A stretch of 64,000 nt of DNA. Source: Euglena gracilis. Its lineage: Eukaryota. The stretch lies in the NCBI GenBank assembly GCA_039621445.1, contig CP154954.1, positions 33,023,455 through 33,087,454 on the forward strand, in the 5' to 3' direction. The translations under genes were made by a program, and so were the position numbers. Every line of letters starts with the position of its first letter. The first letter of the stretch is position 1. Below the pieces are notes generated by a model. It saw only the letters and a list, made by a program, of their open reading frames with translations, was not told the origin of the DNA and did no database searches. This document shows, piece by piece, positions 41,661-54,327 of this stretch.

Positions 41661-44525
41661 ATGTCGTTCCCGCTTGTTCTGGGACTCATCACGCACAGTC
41701 CTGACACTCATCCGCATGCAGGACCGAGGGGGGGTAGCTTCATCCACCCCAACCACCCAACCCGTGGCTGGCCAGTGCGGGAGAAAGGGGGGCGAAGACG
41801 GGAGGGCTGGGCCTCCCTTCCCACCATTTCCCCCCGGCTCTCACGTCGGCACTTCACGGAGCACCGCTCCCTTCCCTCCCTGCCCCTCCACCCTGCCTCC
41901 TCTGACCCACCGCTGTCCCTTCCTTTCCCACTAATCGGGTTCGCGTGGTGCAGATGGTAACCACCCCTTTTGCGCATTTCATTTCGGCACACTGGACACA
42001 CCCGGCAAGCCACTCTGTGCAATGATGTGCATTGCAAACAAAATGCATCCTTTCGGTGTGGGTCGGTCCATCGCCATTGAAGTATGCCGTGTCCAGAAAC
42101 CAGATGCCACACGCTGAGCCATCCTACGTTAGCCTCATTGCCCACCTTTAGGTCAGAGCTACACATGCGCATGCACACACACACCGAAACAGACGCACAC
42201 ACTACAGAGCTTGAAAGGAGGAGTCACACCTGCAGAACAACTATCCTTCTTTTGCCCACTCCCTCATTTTTCTCGCATAATCAACCAACAGTTCCCCATG
42301 TGTGTGTGTTTCTCTCCCTCGGTCATCAACAAGGGTTTGTACATTCTGTATGGAAGTCAGCTGAGATTGAACCCCTCTATGGGAGGAGAGGGTTGAGTTG
42401 TTTTGCAGTTGGTACCCTTGTTTCCTTTTTCTTTACAGGAGTAGAAATTTTGTTTGGGGTGTGCCCGACCTCCACAATCCCGGAAGTTCACCGCCATTTG
42501 ACAAATCAACATCTGCGTCTGGATTTCAGTCCTGCTTTTGACGGTGGGCAGAGTCACAAAGTCACCATGGATGACCGAGAGCTAACCAAGGTTGGACCAA
42601 GTCCAACTTTTCTGTGCTGTATTTGTTCATCGCTCTGACCTCCTCTTTCCTTTAACACCATCGCCTCTCCCGAACCCTTCTTCTCTTCCCTTTAAAGTTT
42701 TTGTTCTGTCCAAAAGCACACGTACGTTTTTTTAAGGGGGAAAAAGAAAGCAGTTTTTTGGAAGACCTGGAACTGGACAAATTAAATTAGGAATTGCCTT
42801 TTTTGAAGCGACATTTTCAATCCTGATAATATTCCCACCAGAACCCGACTTCAGGACCAGGTTTTTGAATAGTGCTGAGCTCTTAAAGGGACTTGCACGT
42901 AATACAGTATGGAGCATAACTTTTTGAACGACTTTTGCTCATAACTTTTTGAACGCCCCCAAAAAAATTATTTAAAAGTCAAGACTGGGGACACTTGGAG
43001 GCACAGCACTGATCCTTTTGGCTGCAAACACTTTTGCCACCACTAGAGCAATTGTTTGTGACAAATCAGGCGCAGTGTGACCTGTCAGTACACCTGTCGG
43101 GTGTAGCCACCCTTGGCAAGCTTCAAACAGGACAGACGGCTAGGCATTGAATCATACAGACGCAAAATTTGTGCAGCAAAAATGGATAGACGGCAGTAAA
43201 GACGACCATTGCAAATTTTACATTATTTCTGATTTACAAATCAGCATAAAAACAGTTTTGCCGGGTACGGGAGGCCAAAAAACATCGTTTCGGGCAAAAA
43301 AAAAATTGTTCGGTTTTTTTCGACTTTTTTGACCCAATGGCATGTACAAAATGGACAAAATTGGCCGAAAAATGGCCGTAACTCGGGCTAGGCGGGGAGT
43401 TGCACCACTTTTGAGAAATTTTAGAAAAATTGATTTTTTGACCCCAAAAAGCGGCCAAAAACGGCCAAGTCGCAAGCCTGCCCATTGCGCTGTGGCGCAA
43501 TGGAAACACATGTTGACACATAAACCCCCCCCAAATAACACCCCCCCGGTGTGTTATTTGGGCACCCGAACTGGGGCCCCGGGGGGGGGGGGGGGGGTGT
43601 TATTTGGGGGGGTTATTTTTACATGGAAAACAAAAGGAAAAAAGGGGGGGGGTTTTTTTGGCGCTCTAAATCGGCCCCAAGGGGGGGGTGTTATTTGGTG
43701 GGTGGTATTTGGGGGGGTATGTTGTTATTGTTCTGCAAATGCGGCAATGGTCACCCACATGTTGAATTGCAAAAAATTAAGAAATTTGCGCCAAAGCACA
43801 AAGCATTTATTTTTTCTAATGAAAAAAAATCGTTGCGCCAAAGCGCAATTGCGCAATGGAGTCCCCTCGTTTCATTACCCGGCGCTTTGTGTTCATGCAC
43901 CCTGGGACTCAGGCGCGCTGTGCCCGTAGATTGTGGAGTTCTAAGTCGTTGGTTTCGTCCCCAGGCCTGGGGGGTGCAGGGAGCCACTAATGCGGGCCGT
44001 TCGAGTCTCAGGCCGGCGGTGTTCGAAAACAGAAAAAAAAAACTGGCATGCCCCGTCGGCGTAAATTTACAGTCATTTTCAAAGCTAAGTGCGAGTTTGG
44101 CCGCCTAAGAACAGGCATACCCAGTGCGGTCCTTCAACAATCAATGCGCGTGTGTGCACATTCCCCTGTCAGAGAAAATTTTAATGTGAATTGTGGCCAT
44201 TTGTGTGAATGTATGGCATTCCAATGTGAAACACTGAGGAACAGCTTTGGAGCAGTCGTTGGATGTCTTTCGCCTCATTTATGAAACTTTGAGAGCTACC
44301 TTTGTCCCACCTTTTGGGTGGAAGATGCGAAGTCATCTTGTACGATCAATATGCAGACTCTTGAAGACTTTCCCATCAATTCCATTTGAATGTCAGCATC
44401 TTCTGTCAAATTTTAAGTTCCTTGGATCAGATTGTTTCAAACAGGTTTCCCTGCAAAATTGTCCATCAGGGCCTAAATTTCATGGGCCAGAGGGTCAATT
44501 ATTCATGTCCCTGGGGGCCCTATAG
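41661..44525 (+). CDS. Hypothetical protein, possible Whirly-fold nucleic-acid-binding protein
   Basis: Candidate exons: ~42075-42120 PLKYAVSRNQMPHAE; ~42351-42390 WKSAEIEPLYGRR; ~42483-42590 EVHRHLTNQHLRLDFSPAFDGGQSHKVTMDDRELTK (GT donor follows); ~43043-43120 LEQLFVTNQAQCDLSVHLSGVATL; ~44253-44323 QSLDVFRLIYETLRATFVPPFGWK. Start and stop are uncertain. Confidence 0.4.
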
Positions 44526-44697
44526 AAGTGTCCTCCATTCTCCCATTTCCTGCCCGGCGGGGGTCACCAAAAATGTCCGGCCGGGTCCAACAATTGTGTC
44601 TGTCGGCTGTAAAAAGGATGGACTCTGCCCCGATCACCCCCTGTTTGGTTCTGCCCTAACAGGGGACCCTTCAGGTCCAGACACAGCGATAGAGCCC

Positions 44698-47600
44698 ATG
44701 GGGTTCGCCCCCCCCCCACCTGGTCTTCTGTCAACCCGTACCCCCCAAAACGGGCAGCCGGGGCCGCGGCCTGGCGGCAGCCTGGAGGGCCTGCAGTGCG
44801 TGACGCCTTTCGAGCGCCTGCACCGCCGCCTGCTGGAGCTGCAGGCGCAGGCGAAGCGGCACCCGGACTACGGCGCAGCGCGGTCCTGTATGGACGCCAT
44901 GGCCAGGGCGTGGCCTCCCGCCCACCGTCCGTGTGCAAATGGGTGAGTATGACGCAGTGGGCCCTGTCTAGGTCCAGAATGGCGTGCCATTTCTGCCGCC
45001 CATCGGCTCCGAATGCATACGTTTCAGGAACGAGCTTTGCTTGACCAGCCCAGCCGCAAAAAAGCACTATTTCCGGACCCGAAAAACAGACCAAAAAGTC
45101 ATCCTTCGGCGCCTCGCAGAATCTGTTTACAGTTGAACGAAGAAATGCCATATGATTTTGGGGGGGTCTTGAAACGCCGAAAGTATCAGCGTTTTTGTCA
45201 TGTTTTATGTCTGAAAGCGATGTTCAGTCATTTTTAAGGAAGGTTCCATCCACGGTCAGGGGGGGGGTTAAATTTGGGGTCTATTTGGGGGGGTGATTTT
45301 TGCTCAATTGTCCAGGGGAGGGCCTTTGGGGGTATTGGGGGGGGGTAGTCGAACCACACCGATGGAGCCTGTCTTCCTGCGAATCCTCTTTTGGAAAGGT
45401 CCTGCAGCCAATTCCCCCGGAGACGGTGCCCACCTACCGCTCTGTGGAGCAGGAGGTGTACGGCTCCCCCGGCCCTGATGGCCCTCGGGTTCCCCGGCGG
45501 TGGTTCCCGGCCCTCTCGCTCTCAGAGGGATTGGGTCCCAGCTGGGCAGGCGGGAGGTGGCGGAACGGACGAACCACCCTTGGCGGGTGGATTGCCTTTG
45601 CGTTGTGTCAGAACCCCTTGTGCTTCGGGAAGGGGGCGGCCGAGTGCCGCCATGGCCGGGACCACCCCTCGCCGCTCCTCTCCCTGCAGCCCGCCGGCCG
45701 AACAGGACTCGGCGCCCTCATGCTATGGATGACGGCTGTGTGCCTGGGGAAGGGGAGGGGTTGCATGGCTAAGCCCCCCCCACAAAAAACTAGCACCGAA
45801 AACCCTCGCCAAAAGCAAATGCAACAAAAATAATAATAAAAAAAGAAATTACCAACCACCCCCCCCTGCTATGAAAACCATTTGAAGAATGGCTGGGGCT
45901 CATTTCAGCATGCAGGAATCAAGTGGATGTGGACCAGGCCTTTGCTCGAGGGTTTGCAGTACTGGCTGGATTGTAGCTAGGCCAAATTTGGCTGGCGGCA
46001 ATTCTGGTGGACCAGAGGGCTGACTAGTGGAAATTTTTTTTCTAGTGACCGGCGCAAAGCGCCAAAATTTTTTTGGGAACTCATTTCCACCTCAGCACAC
46101 AGCGCCGGAGGAAATCTTCTTTCCAGTCGGGGGACCCCCCAGGACCCCCCCAGGGGGGTCTAGCTCGTCCATTTTTCCAGTGTCTAACAAAATGGCCAGC
46201 CAGTGGACCCCCCCCCCGGTCCTCAAGCAATGGCCTGATGTAGACGAAAAGGGGACAAATGGGGGAAAAAATCGAAATGGCAGCCTTCTACCCCCCCCCT
46301 GCGGCGGGAGGTGGTGCTTTCAATATTAACCTTTGACTTTTGGGTACTTTTGGGTTTTGGTTTTTATTAAATTTGGCTTCTGCTGCGAGATTGAAACTTC
46401 AAAGAATTTTGCATATTGGACCAAGTTTTTTCCGCAGCACCATTTTTTCTGTCAATTTTTTGGCATATATGACATTTTTGGGGTTTTCTGGGGGCCAAAA
46501 AAATTCCATAGTTTTTAGGGCCAGGGGGTCAGTTTGTTCCTAAATTACAAAAATCATGTTTTGGGGGTTTTTTGTTCAAAAACAAATGCGAAGGACGGTT
46601 CAAACCTGCACCAATGTTTCACAATGAAAATATCTGGAGGTTCTAGGTCCCCTCCATCAGCACTCCTGTATTTTCCACGATTTTTTTGAAAGCCTTCAAT
46701 GTCGATTTCTCCCCTCCTGCCTGACGTCCCGGCAGACCCGTGAGGTTTGGACGGGAAGTTGCCCGGCCCTGGGTCCAGCAGCTCAACACCAAGGCGCTGC
46801 CCAAGCGGGACGGCAACCTCAATGTGGCAGTGGCCCACGGCCGGCCGGTGGTGAAGGCGGAGGAGGACGAGGAGCCGCTGCCCGCCTCCCCCTGCCCTGC
46901 CTGGGGGTGGGGGGTGGGGGGCTTACGATAAACCCCTCCAGGGTTGTAACATTGAGCCCCAACTGTTAGTATGTGCATTTGGATTGAATAGGGACGGGGG
47001 ATCAGCTTCTTTTTACCGAGGGGTGCCTTGTGCTCCCGCCCGGGGGGGGGGGGTTGGTTTTAGCGAGCGGGTGGACAGTGTGGACAAAGTGGCGGACACG
47101 GCATTTTTTCAGTTTTCACCATCATCAGCGAGGTGTTGGAGAGGAAAAACGAAAAAAGATCCATTATTTTCTGGCATTTTCCATTTCATCATCATCATTG
47201 GCAGTGGGGTCAAAACAAACTTTTCTGTTCTTTTGGCAATTTTTGGTTTTCATCATCAGTAGCAAATTGTTGGGAGGTGTGTAAGGGGTGTGGGGGAGGG
47301 GGCTAAAACCGAAAATTTTTAATCCATCTATTTGTTATTTTCGATTTCATCATCATCAGCAGTAGGGGGGGTGTGGGGGTGAACTCGGAAATTTTTTTCG
47401 GTCTGTGCACAGATTTGGTTATCGACGAGCAGGCTCCGGGAAACCAGCCTCCGCGGAGATTCCGGGGAGTCTCCACGGAGGATCCGGGTAATCACTCTTC
47501 TGTGGAGCCTCCATGGAGGCTCAGGCAACTAAAAGTCAGCATTCCAAATTTTCTGGGATCCAGTGGGTGGGTGGATGGGAAATGCCATGCACATACCTTG

Positions 47601-50600
47601 CGGGTGCCACATTTGGAACTCGAAGGGGTCTCAGCCAGGGTTTGGTGTCATACAAGAGGGCTGGAGGGGGATATTCCACTCCCGGGCTTCCGGTGCCTGC
47701 CGACCAAGCCATTTCCCCTGAAAATGGCCATTTTCAGGTTCCCAGCGCCTTTGGCGTAGGGGGGGGGGGCAACCCACCCTGAAACCCGACCCCCTCGGGG
47801 GTTGAAAGTGCCCGCCCCCTTCCTGCCCATAGCACGGGGTTCGATATAAGGAGGGTGTACAGGTTTAGGTGGAGTGGTATTCCTTCCCCTTCCTAGGATC
47901 AGAGGGCAGTTCCATTCCCCCACCTGCTAGGGGGGGCTCCAGTCTGACCCCAGGGTTTCCCACTGATTCGTACACGAATAAGTACGAATAAGTACGAATA
48001 AGTACGAATTGCCGAGATCTGCCAAAATACGAATAAGTACGAATAAGTACGAATAAGTACGAATGAAAAATTCCCCAGTTACGAATAAGTACGAATTGCC
48101 AAGTGGAAAAGGTACAATTTTCTACACCATTGCACTGACTTGAAGGGCCCTCACACTTCTCTGTATGTGATGCATATCTTACGCTGCAGGATGCCTCATG
48201 TCCTCTTTTCCCTCCGAAAATGATGCAGCTGCCACTCGGAGTCCTGCATGTTTTGCAATGGTGACTGCGAAGAACGCTTTGCACACCATTGAACAATTTG
48301 CTCGTTTCACCTTGAGTATTTGTTCGTGCATGGCATGCTGGACAACATCAGTCGCAAAGAAGGAATGTGTTTTTCCTGTGCTGTTTTGTTTGTTTTTTTC
48401 TCACAGCGATTTTTTTCCACAAATTTCGCCAGAATGAGTTCGTCACTTAGATAGTTTCTCAAGTGAATGAGCTGTTTTCCTTGCTTTTCCCGGTTTCAGA
48501 ACGTTGAAGATGTGCTCAAGGAAGCATACCAAATGGTCACCTATTGCTGTACATGGCCCTTTTTTGAAGTACGAATAAGTACGAATAAGTACGAATAAGT
48601 ACGAATGGGCTCGGGAGTCCCCAAGTACGAATCGGTGGGAAACCCTGCTGACCCCCCACCTGCCCTGGGAATGCGAACTTCGTTGGAAAGAAGCTTTTTC
48701 AGGGGCATGGTGGGAAAAACTGAAAGGTGCACACTGAAAAACTCGAATGGTAGATGGCAATCGACCTCAAATCAGGGCACAAAACCCCAAATGGGGGTCA
48801 TTCAAACGTTCACCCCAAGGGTCTTAAAATCCTGCCAAATCCAAGCCAGGGGATGGAGATGGGGTTTTATTATTTTTTTCATGGTGCGTTTGGGGGATGT
48901 TCATTGGGGGCTCATTTTTGTGCGTTCGAAAAAAGGCATGTGTTTGAGTAGGCTGGACAGCCTCCCCAAATGTTGCCCTGGCGGGGAATGTTTGCAAATG
49001 GTGGAAGAGGCGTCACTGTCCTGCCAAATGGGAGGGGGGGTCTGTCAGTTGCACAGGTCGGGGCAGGGCCCCCACAGAGGTGGTGGTGGAGGTGGAGGTG
49101 TACCACCCGACGCGGTCCTCGCGGCAGGAGGCGTTCAAGGTGCTTGGCTCTCAGCCCCTGCTGGCCCTGCGGCGGGCGATCTACTGCGTCACCGCCCGGG
49201 CCGGCACATTCCGGGGGGGGGGGGGGGACTTGCACGTCAATGTGCGGCAGGGCCGGTCACCACTTCCGGGAAGTTATTGTGTCAGTGTCATGAATGTGAC
49301 ATAATGCAATAGCTCAAAAAACATGCTCTGTGGCATATCACAGCATTGCAATGACTTCCAATTTGGAACCTGAATCAGACAACGGGTCTTTGTGCTCTGT
49401 CTGATATGGGAGACCGTCCTGTTCCAAAACTCAAACAATAGCCAAAATGAAACGAATGCAGCAAGCGCTGATATGATGATATTTGGATGATTTCCTCCCA
49501 ACTGTGAAATTTTTGGTCGTCCAATTTGGGACATCACTTTAGGGAAGAAAAGTTCCAGACCATATGCACAGCGTGAGATTCTGGAACCAGGGCATCAGTC
49601 AGGCCTGTGGGGCCCAGCATCCATGGGGGGCCCAGCCAGCCAGCAGCCTAATTCCAGCCTTGGAATCCCACCCAAACGACGAGTTTTATTATGTTATGTT
49701 TATTTTCCTGCCGGCTGGATGGTAACAGATCGCTTTGCCTTCAGAGGTACAAATAGCCTAAAATGGTCGAATTTGGGCTGGCCAGGGCAAATTTGGGGTC
49801 AAAAAAATCGATTTTTTTTTTACATAACTGACAGTTTTTTGGAGGGGGGGCATTTTTGCAGTTTACACCCATTCCAGCCGGGGGGCCCCCATTAAGGGTT
49901 AACCCGCAGCCCTTTTCCAGCCTCCCCAAATTTTCCAGCCTCTGATTTGGACCCCCCAAGAGGGTGGTCGTTAAACAACGTTGTATCTGGAAGAATCAGA
50001 TATTAGTGCCAAACCGTATCGCACAGCATTTTTACTTTGTCTCAGCTTAAGCAAAGTACATGTGCTACCCATAGAACGTATGTTGTGTGGCTGAGGGGCC
50101 AGCCACACGACCTTCCAGCAGACCCACTGTTGCATGGCCTGCGGCCGGACCCTCTCCACTGTGTGCCGGGGCCAGACCCCAACAGCAAGGTGTCCGAGGC
50201 GTGCCAACGGTCAGCGTGCTTTTTCATCAACAACGCGTTTTACAGCGACATGTCCATGGAAGGTGTGAGACTCATTTTTTCCCACACCAAGTTCCTCTGT
50301 CGGTGATGTTGTCCCCTCTTGTGTTACTGTCCCATAATGAATGGATTCCATTAGGTCCCGCGCTCTGCATTCAGAGAGAATTGTGTTGCAGTTTGGTACC
50401 AGCACAGTAGGTTCGTACCGTTGCAATTTTTTTCGCCTACGCCATCCGACAGCCCGGGGGTGCAGCCGCCCCAGTCTCTGAAAGGGTCATCCAGCGTCGC
50501 CCTGCCTGCCCCTTGCTGTCTCGCCCCAGGCAGCAGTGACTACTCGCAGCTCATCCAGTCTTTCCAGTGGTTCCCAAACAAGGATTCCGCGCGGAAGGAG

Positions 50601-52562
50601 CCGTTCCCGACGCTCTCCATGCAGGACGTCACCTTCAATCAGTTGTCCACCGCGGCCGTCGGATTGTGTCCCCCGCCCTCCAACAGAATTTTCTTTGCCC
50701 CGTTCTTTCCGATCCCACTGATTGCACCGTTTGTGGCGGTCACGCGCTTCCATCATATTACACCACCATGCATCCGTTTTTCACGTTGTTCACGTTGGTG
50801 TTTGGGCATCGGGAACACGAAGGGAGTCGTCCCGTCACAGCTGGGGGTTAACCCGACGTTTGTCTCCGCGGCCGCCCCGTGTCCGGCTCGGGGAGCGATA
50901 CTTCTACGTCCACGCCGGCGGCTGTGCGCACTACGTCGTGTTCACTGCAGTCCGCCTGCTGCACCCCGCCCTGCTGCCCCCCTGCCAGCCCGTGGCTGTG
51001 GAAATCATTTCCTCCCTCCTCCCACGCCCTCCTGTTGGTTTCCTGGAATTTACAACGCCGACCAAGAAATGTGTGGAAGTACCAAATCCTGCCTTTTCTG
51101 ATTCGGAGGGGGCCATTCCGCATGCATTTTATTCCCCATCAAGCCACCAGCAGAAGCGATTGCCCACTCCAAAAGAATTCTTCAGGCAGAAACGGCGGCA
51201 TCAGCAGCGCCGGCAGGCAGAGGTGCAGGGGGAGGATTGATATCCGCAATTTTTCCGCAATTTTTCTGCAATTTTCTGCGATTTTTTCGCAATTTTCCGC
51301 GATTTTTTCGCAATTTTCCCGAAGGCCATCGATATCAATCCCCCCCCACCCCGTGAGAGGCATGAGGGCAGCAGCCGGCAGGCGGGACGCCACCCGCCGC
51401 TCAGCGTACCCGGACCGCGTGTTCTGTCTCAAGCCGCGGGTGCGGCGGTGCGGCGTGTGCGACGTCCGCAACGCGAAGAAGGTGACGTACAATGACCAGC
51501 TGTGTGTGGACAGCCCGGCTAGGGACTCCTCTGCATCCACTGGTATTGTACCCACTGCAGGCGGTGTGTGTCTGCCAAAGCCACCGCATGCGTGTCCACA
51601 CAATCCCCCCAGGTTTCCCTCAAAGACTGGGGGCAGGCGTTATTATTTCCATCATTATTATTATTATTAGTGTTGGTATTGTTGTTGTTGTTGTTGTTGT
51701 TGTCGTTGTTGTTGTTATTATTATTATTGGTATTAGTAGTATTAGTATTATTAGCATTAGTATTTGTATTAGTGTTAGTATTAGTATTGGTATTAGTATT
51801 AGTATTAGTATTAGTATTAGTATTAGTATTAGTATTAGTATTAGTATTAGTATTAGTATTGGTTTTAGTATTGGTATTAGTATTAGTATTAGTATTAGTA
51901 TTAGTGTTAGTATTAGTATTATTTATTTATTTATTTTTCTATCTATTTATCTAATTATCTATTTATTTATTTATTTATTGACTTTTATTTTTAAGGCGAA
52001 ATTTTCAAAAAATAGGGTTTATAAAAGTTTTTTAAAGGCATTTTAATGTTTTAATGCATCTGTTTTCCGAGGGCAGTCAAAGAGCCAGGCATCTAATGTC
52101 GGTCAAAATCGAAAATCAAAAAGTCGAACAAACCCATTGTTTCAAGTTTTGAGTGGATAGACAATGTTCCAGCGATGCCCTGAAAATCCAGAACTCATTC
52201 CCCCCCCCAGAGTTGACTTGTTTTTGCCGAGATTTTGCGACTTCTTTTTTCTTGCTCGAGATTTGAAAAATTTTCCTAGAAGATTTTTTGGGGATTTTTA
52301 AGATTTTTAAAGGTTTTTTGAGGATTTTTACGGCGCTTTAAAAGAAATGCCTGACTGGGGGCCTCCGGGAGGGGGAGTGCAGAGTCAGAAAACCTCGTAG
52401 AGTTGAACTGCAGCTGTTGCAGGTCTCTCTTCCTGCCCTGCCACGTCTGCAAACGAGCCAGCTACCAAACGTTTTATTCCTCAAACCCCGGTGTGCATTT
52501 CATTTTGGCCGTGGTGGTTGTGCAAGCAGCAGATATGAGTGCCTGGCGACCCCATCAAGCTT

Positions 52563-52607
<45 letters not shown>

Positions 52608-53012
52608 TATATATATATATAGATATATATATATTATATATAGAGAAATATATATATATATACATATATATAATATATATATCTATATCTTTATATATTA
52701 TTATAATATACATATATATATATATATCTTTAAATATACATAATATAAATATATATAATATATCAAGCTTTAAAGTGGACCGTCGGTCCCCCTGCCCAAT
52801 AGGGCCATTTGGGGTGTTGGGCTGTCATGCTGATCGGCATATTGATGTTGGGCGGGTGCCAGATGTTGGGTAATGGAAGCGAGGGCCCCCTGGCGGAGAC
52901 GTTCTTCTGCGACCCCTGCTTTTATCGCCTGCATTATGACAAACCGGGGCCGGACGGTACGATGCGGGCGCTGTACACTCAGTTTCAGGTGTACCCCTAC
53001 TGGCACGAGTGA
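44698..53012 (+). CDS. SNAPC3: snRNA-activating protein complex subunit 3 (SNAP50)
   Basis: Exons include ~44757-44907 (..FERLHRRLLELQ..), ~45399-45465, ~45606-45654 CQNPLCFGKGAAECRH, 45909-45931, 46243-, ~46736-46885, 49078-49190 EVVVEVEVYHPTRSSRQEAFKVLGSQPLLALRRAIYCV, ~50140-50263 SACFFINNAFYSDM, 50530-50646 SDYSQLI..MQDVTFNQL, ~50881-50970 VRLGERYFYVHAGGCAHYVVFTAVRL, ~51370-51517 YP..CGVCD..VTYND..SP, ~52900-53012 FFCDPCFYRLHYD..FQVYPYWHE*. These are the classic zf-SNAP50_C motifs. Confidence 0.92.
45932..46242 (+). other. Nonconventional intron = hAT-like MITE (45935-46237) plus one TSD copy
   Basis: TIRs CAGGCCTTTGCTCGAGG / CCTCAAGCAATGGCCTG, flanked by ATGTGGAC / ATGTAGAC (7/8). The N3-CAG..CTG-N5|G splice gives CRNQVDV|DEKG. 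Confidence 0.7.
47951..48647. mobile_element. TIR element with 7-bp TSD
   Basis: TIR CAGGGTTTCCCACTGATTCGTAC / GTACGAATCGGTGGGAAACCCTG, flanked by CTGACCC on both sides, with subterminal (AAGTACGAAT)n. Confidence 0.85.
51634..52353. mobile_element. Family-A hAT-like MITE with internal microsatellite expansion
   Basis: CAGGCGTT ... AAATGCCTG with a perfect 8-bp TSD ACTGGGGG. (TTG)n and (TATTAG)n lie inside. Confidence 0.85.
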
Positions 53013-54327
53013 CCCGCGCCACTGGCTCACTTTGTGGCCGGTGCCTCGTGTGATGCTGCCTGCCTTGTTTGCATTTTTTTTGTTTTTTTTTTTTTTTTTT
53101 TTTTTTTTTTTGTTTTGTCTTTTTTTTTTTTTTTTTTTTTTGTTTTTTTTTTTTTTTTTTTTTTTTCAACCGCCATCGGCACGAGGAAGGTGAGGGTTTT
53201 TGGAACATATCACGTCTTTCTGTGGTCTGAGCTGAGCTGTTTGCACCTCTCCCTTCAGTGGGCAGCCTTCCATAGAGTGACGAGCGTATAATGTTTGCTG
53301 CCCCGATAAACATGAAAAGGGTGCTGCCACATCCTCTATCTGCCCATGTTTCACCCAGGTCAAGCTTATATATGGATATATATATGCATATATGTTATGT
53401 TATTGATGGAACATTTATATATTATATACGACAAGTGTACTCTTTGATCCCCCCCCCGGGGGGTATCCAATGGGACACCTGGTGGCCACCCTGGGGTTAG
53501 TGAAGGCATAGGGTTATGGTTAGGACTGGCTGGCCGCAGTTCGGCCTCACTCCCCTCCCCAACGTCTTGCCTGCTGCACAGCTTAGTAACATGGTAAAAC
53601 GTGGTTACATAATGCATGGCAAAACAGCCAGGCTTTTTTTCCCCAACCAGAAGCTCCCAGCAGGCAACAGACCCTTCCTGGGGTCCACTGAAACAAAATT
53701 TGGGCCACCTCCAAATTTTGGCGGATAAAGGCCAACCCATCTGGATTCGGGCTTTTTTTTGCCTGTTTTTGGGGTGCTAGCCCGGCCGCCACCTGCCCAG
53801 CTGCCAGCCAGCTGGACCCCTCGGGGGTCCAGCAAGCAAGCACCTCTGATGATGCTGGGCGATGCTGGGCGATGCTGTATTTTTGGATACCAGAGGTGGG
53901 GTTCCGATGCTGGGCGATGCTGGGCGATGCAGGGCGATGCTGGCATTTTTTTTGTATATTTTGGAGAATTGAACTATTTTTGGGATATTTTCCCCACAAC
54001 GCTCCAGTTTTACACCCATTTTGGCCATAATGGGTCAATTTTTGCTAATTTGGGGGCTATTTATCACTGATTTGGCAAATATTGGGCTAATTGGGGCCTT
54101 TTTGAGCAGGTGTTATGGCATTTTTGGCCATTTTGCGCTTTTTTGGTGATTTTGGGTCATTTTTCACAATCTTTTGTGGACATTGTTGGTGTTTTTGGGC
54201 AATTTTGGGTTATTTTAGTTGCTTTTGGGGGCTTTTTGTGGTCAATTTTGGGCTTTTTGTGGCCATTTTTGGGCTTTTGTGGTTATTTTGGCTTGGTCAG
54301 GAGCCAACGGATGAATACTAGACAGAT

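Noticed and set aside
47970-48100. (AAGTACGAAT)n array as CRISPR or iteron
   Set aside because: Spacer-less 10-bp tandem inside a TIR element.
51730-51920. Telomere-like hexamer array
   Set aside because: The unit is TATTAG, not TTAGGG, and it lies inside a MITE. The short TTTAGGG run at ~12905-12945 is likewise internal to a repeat.
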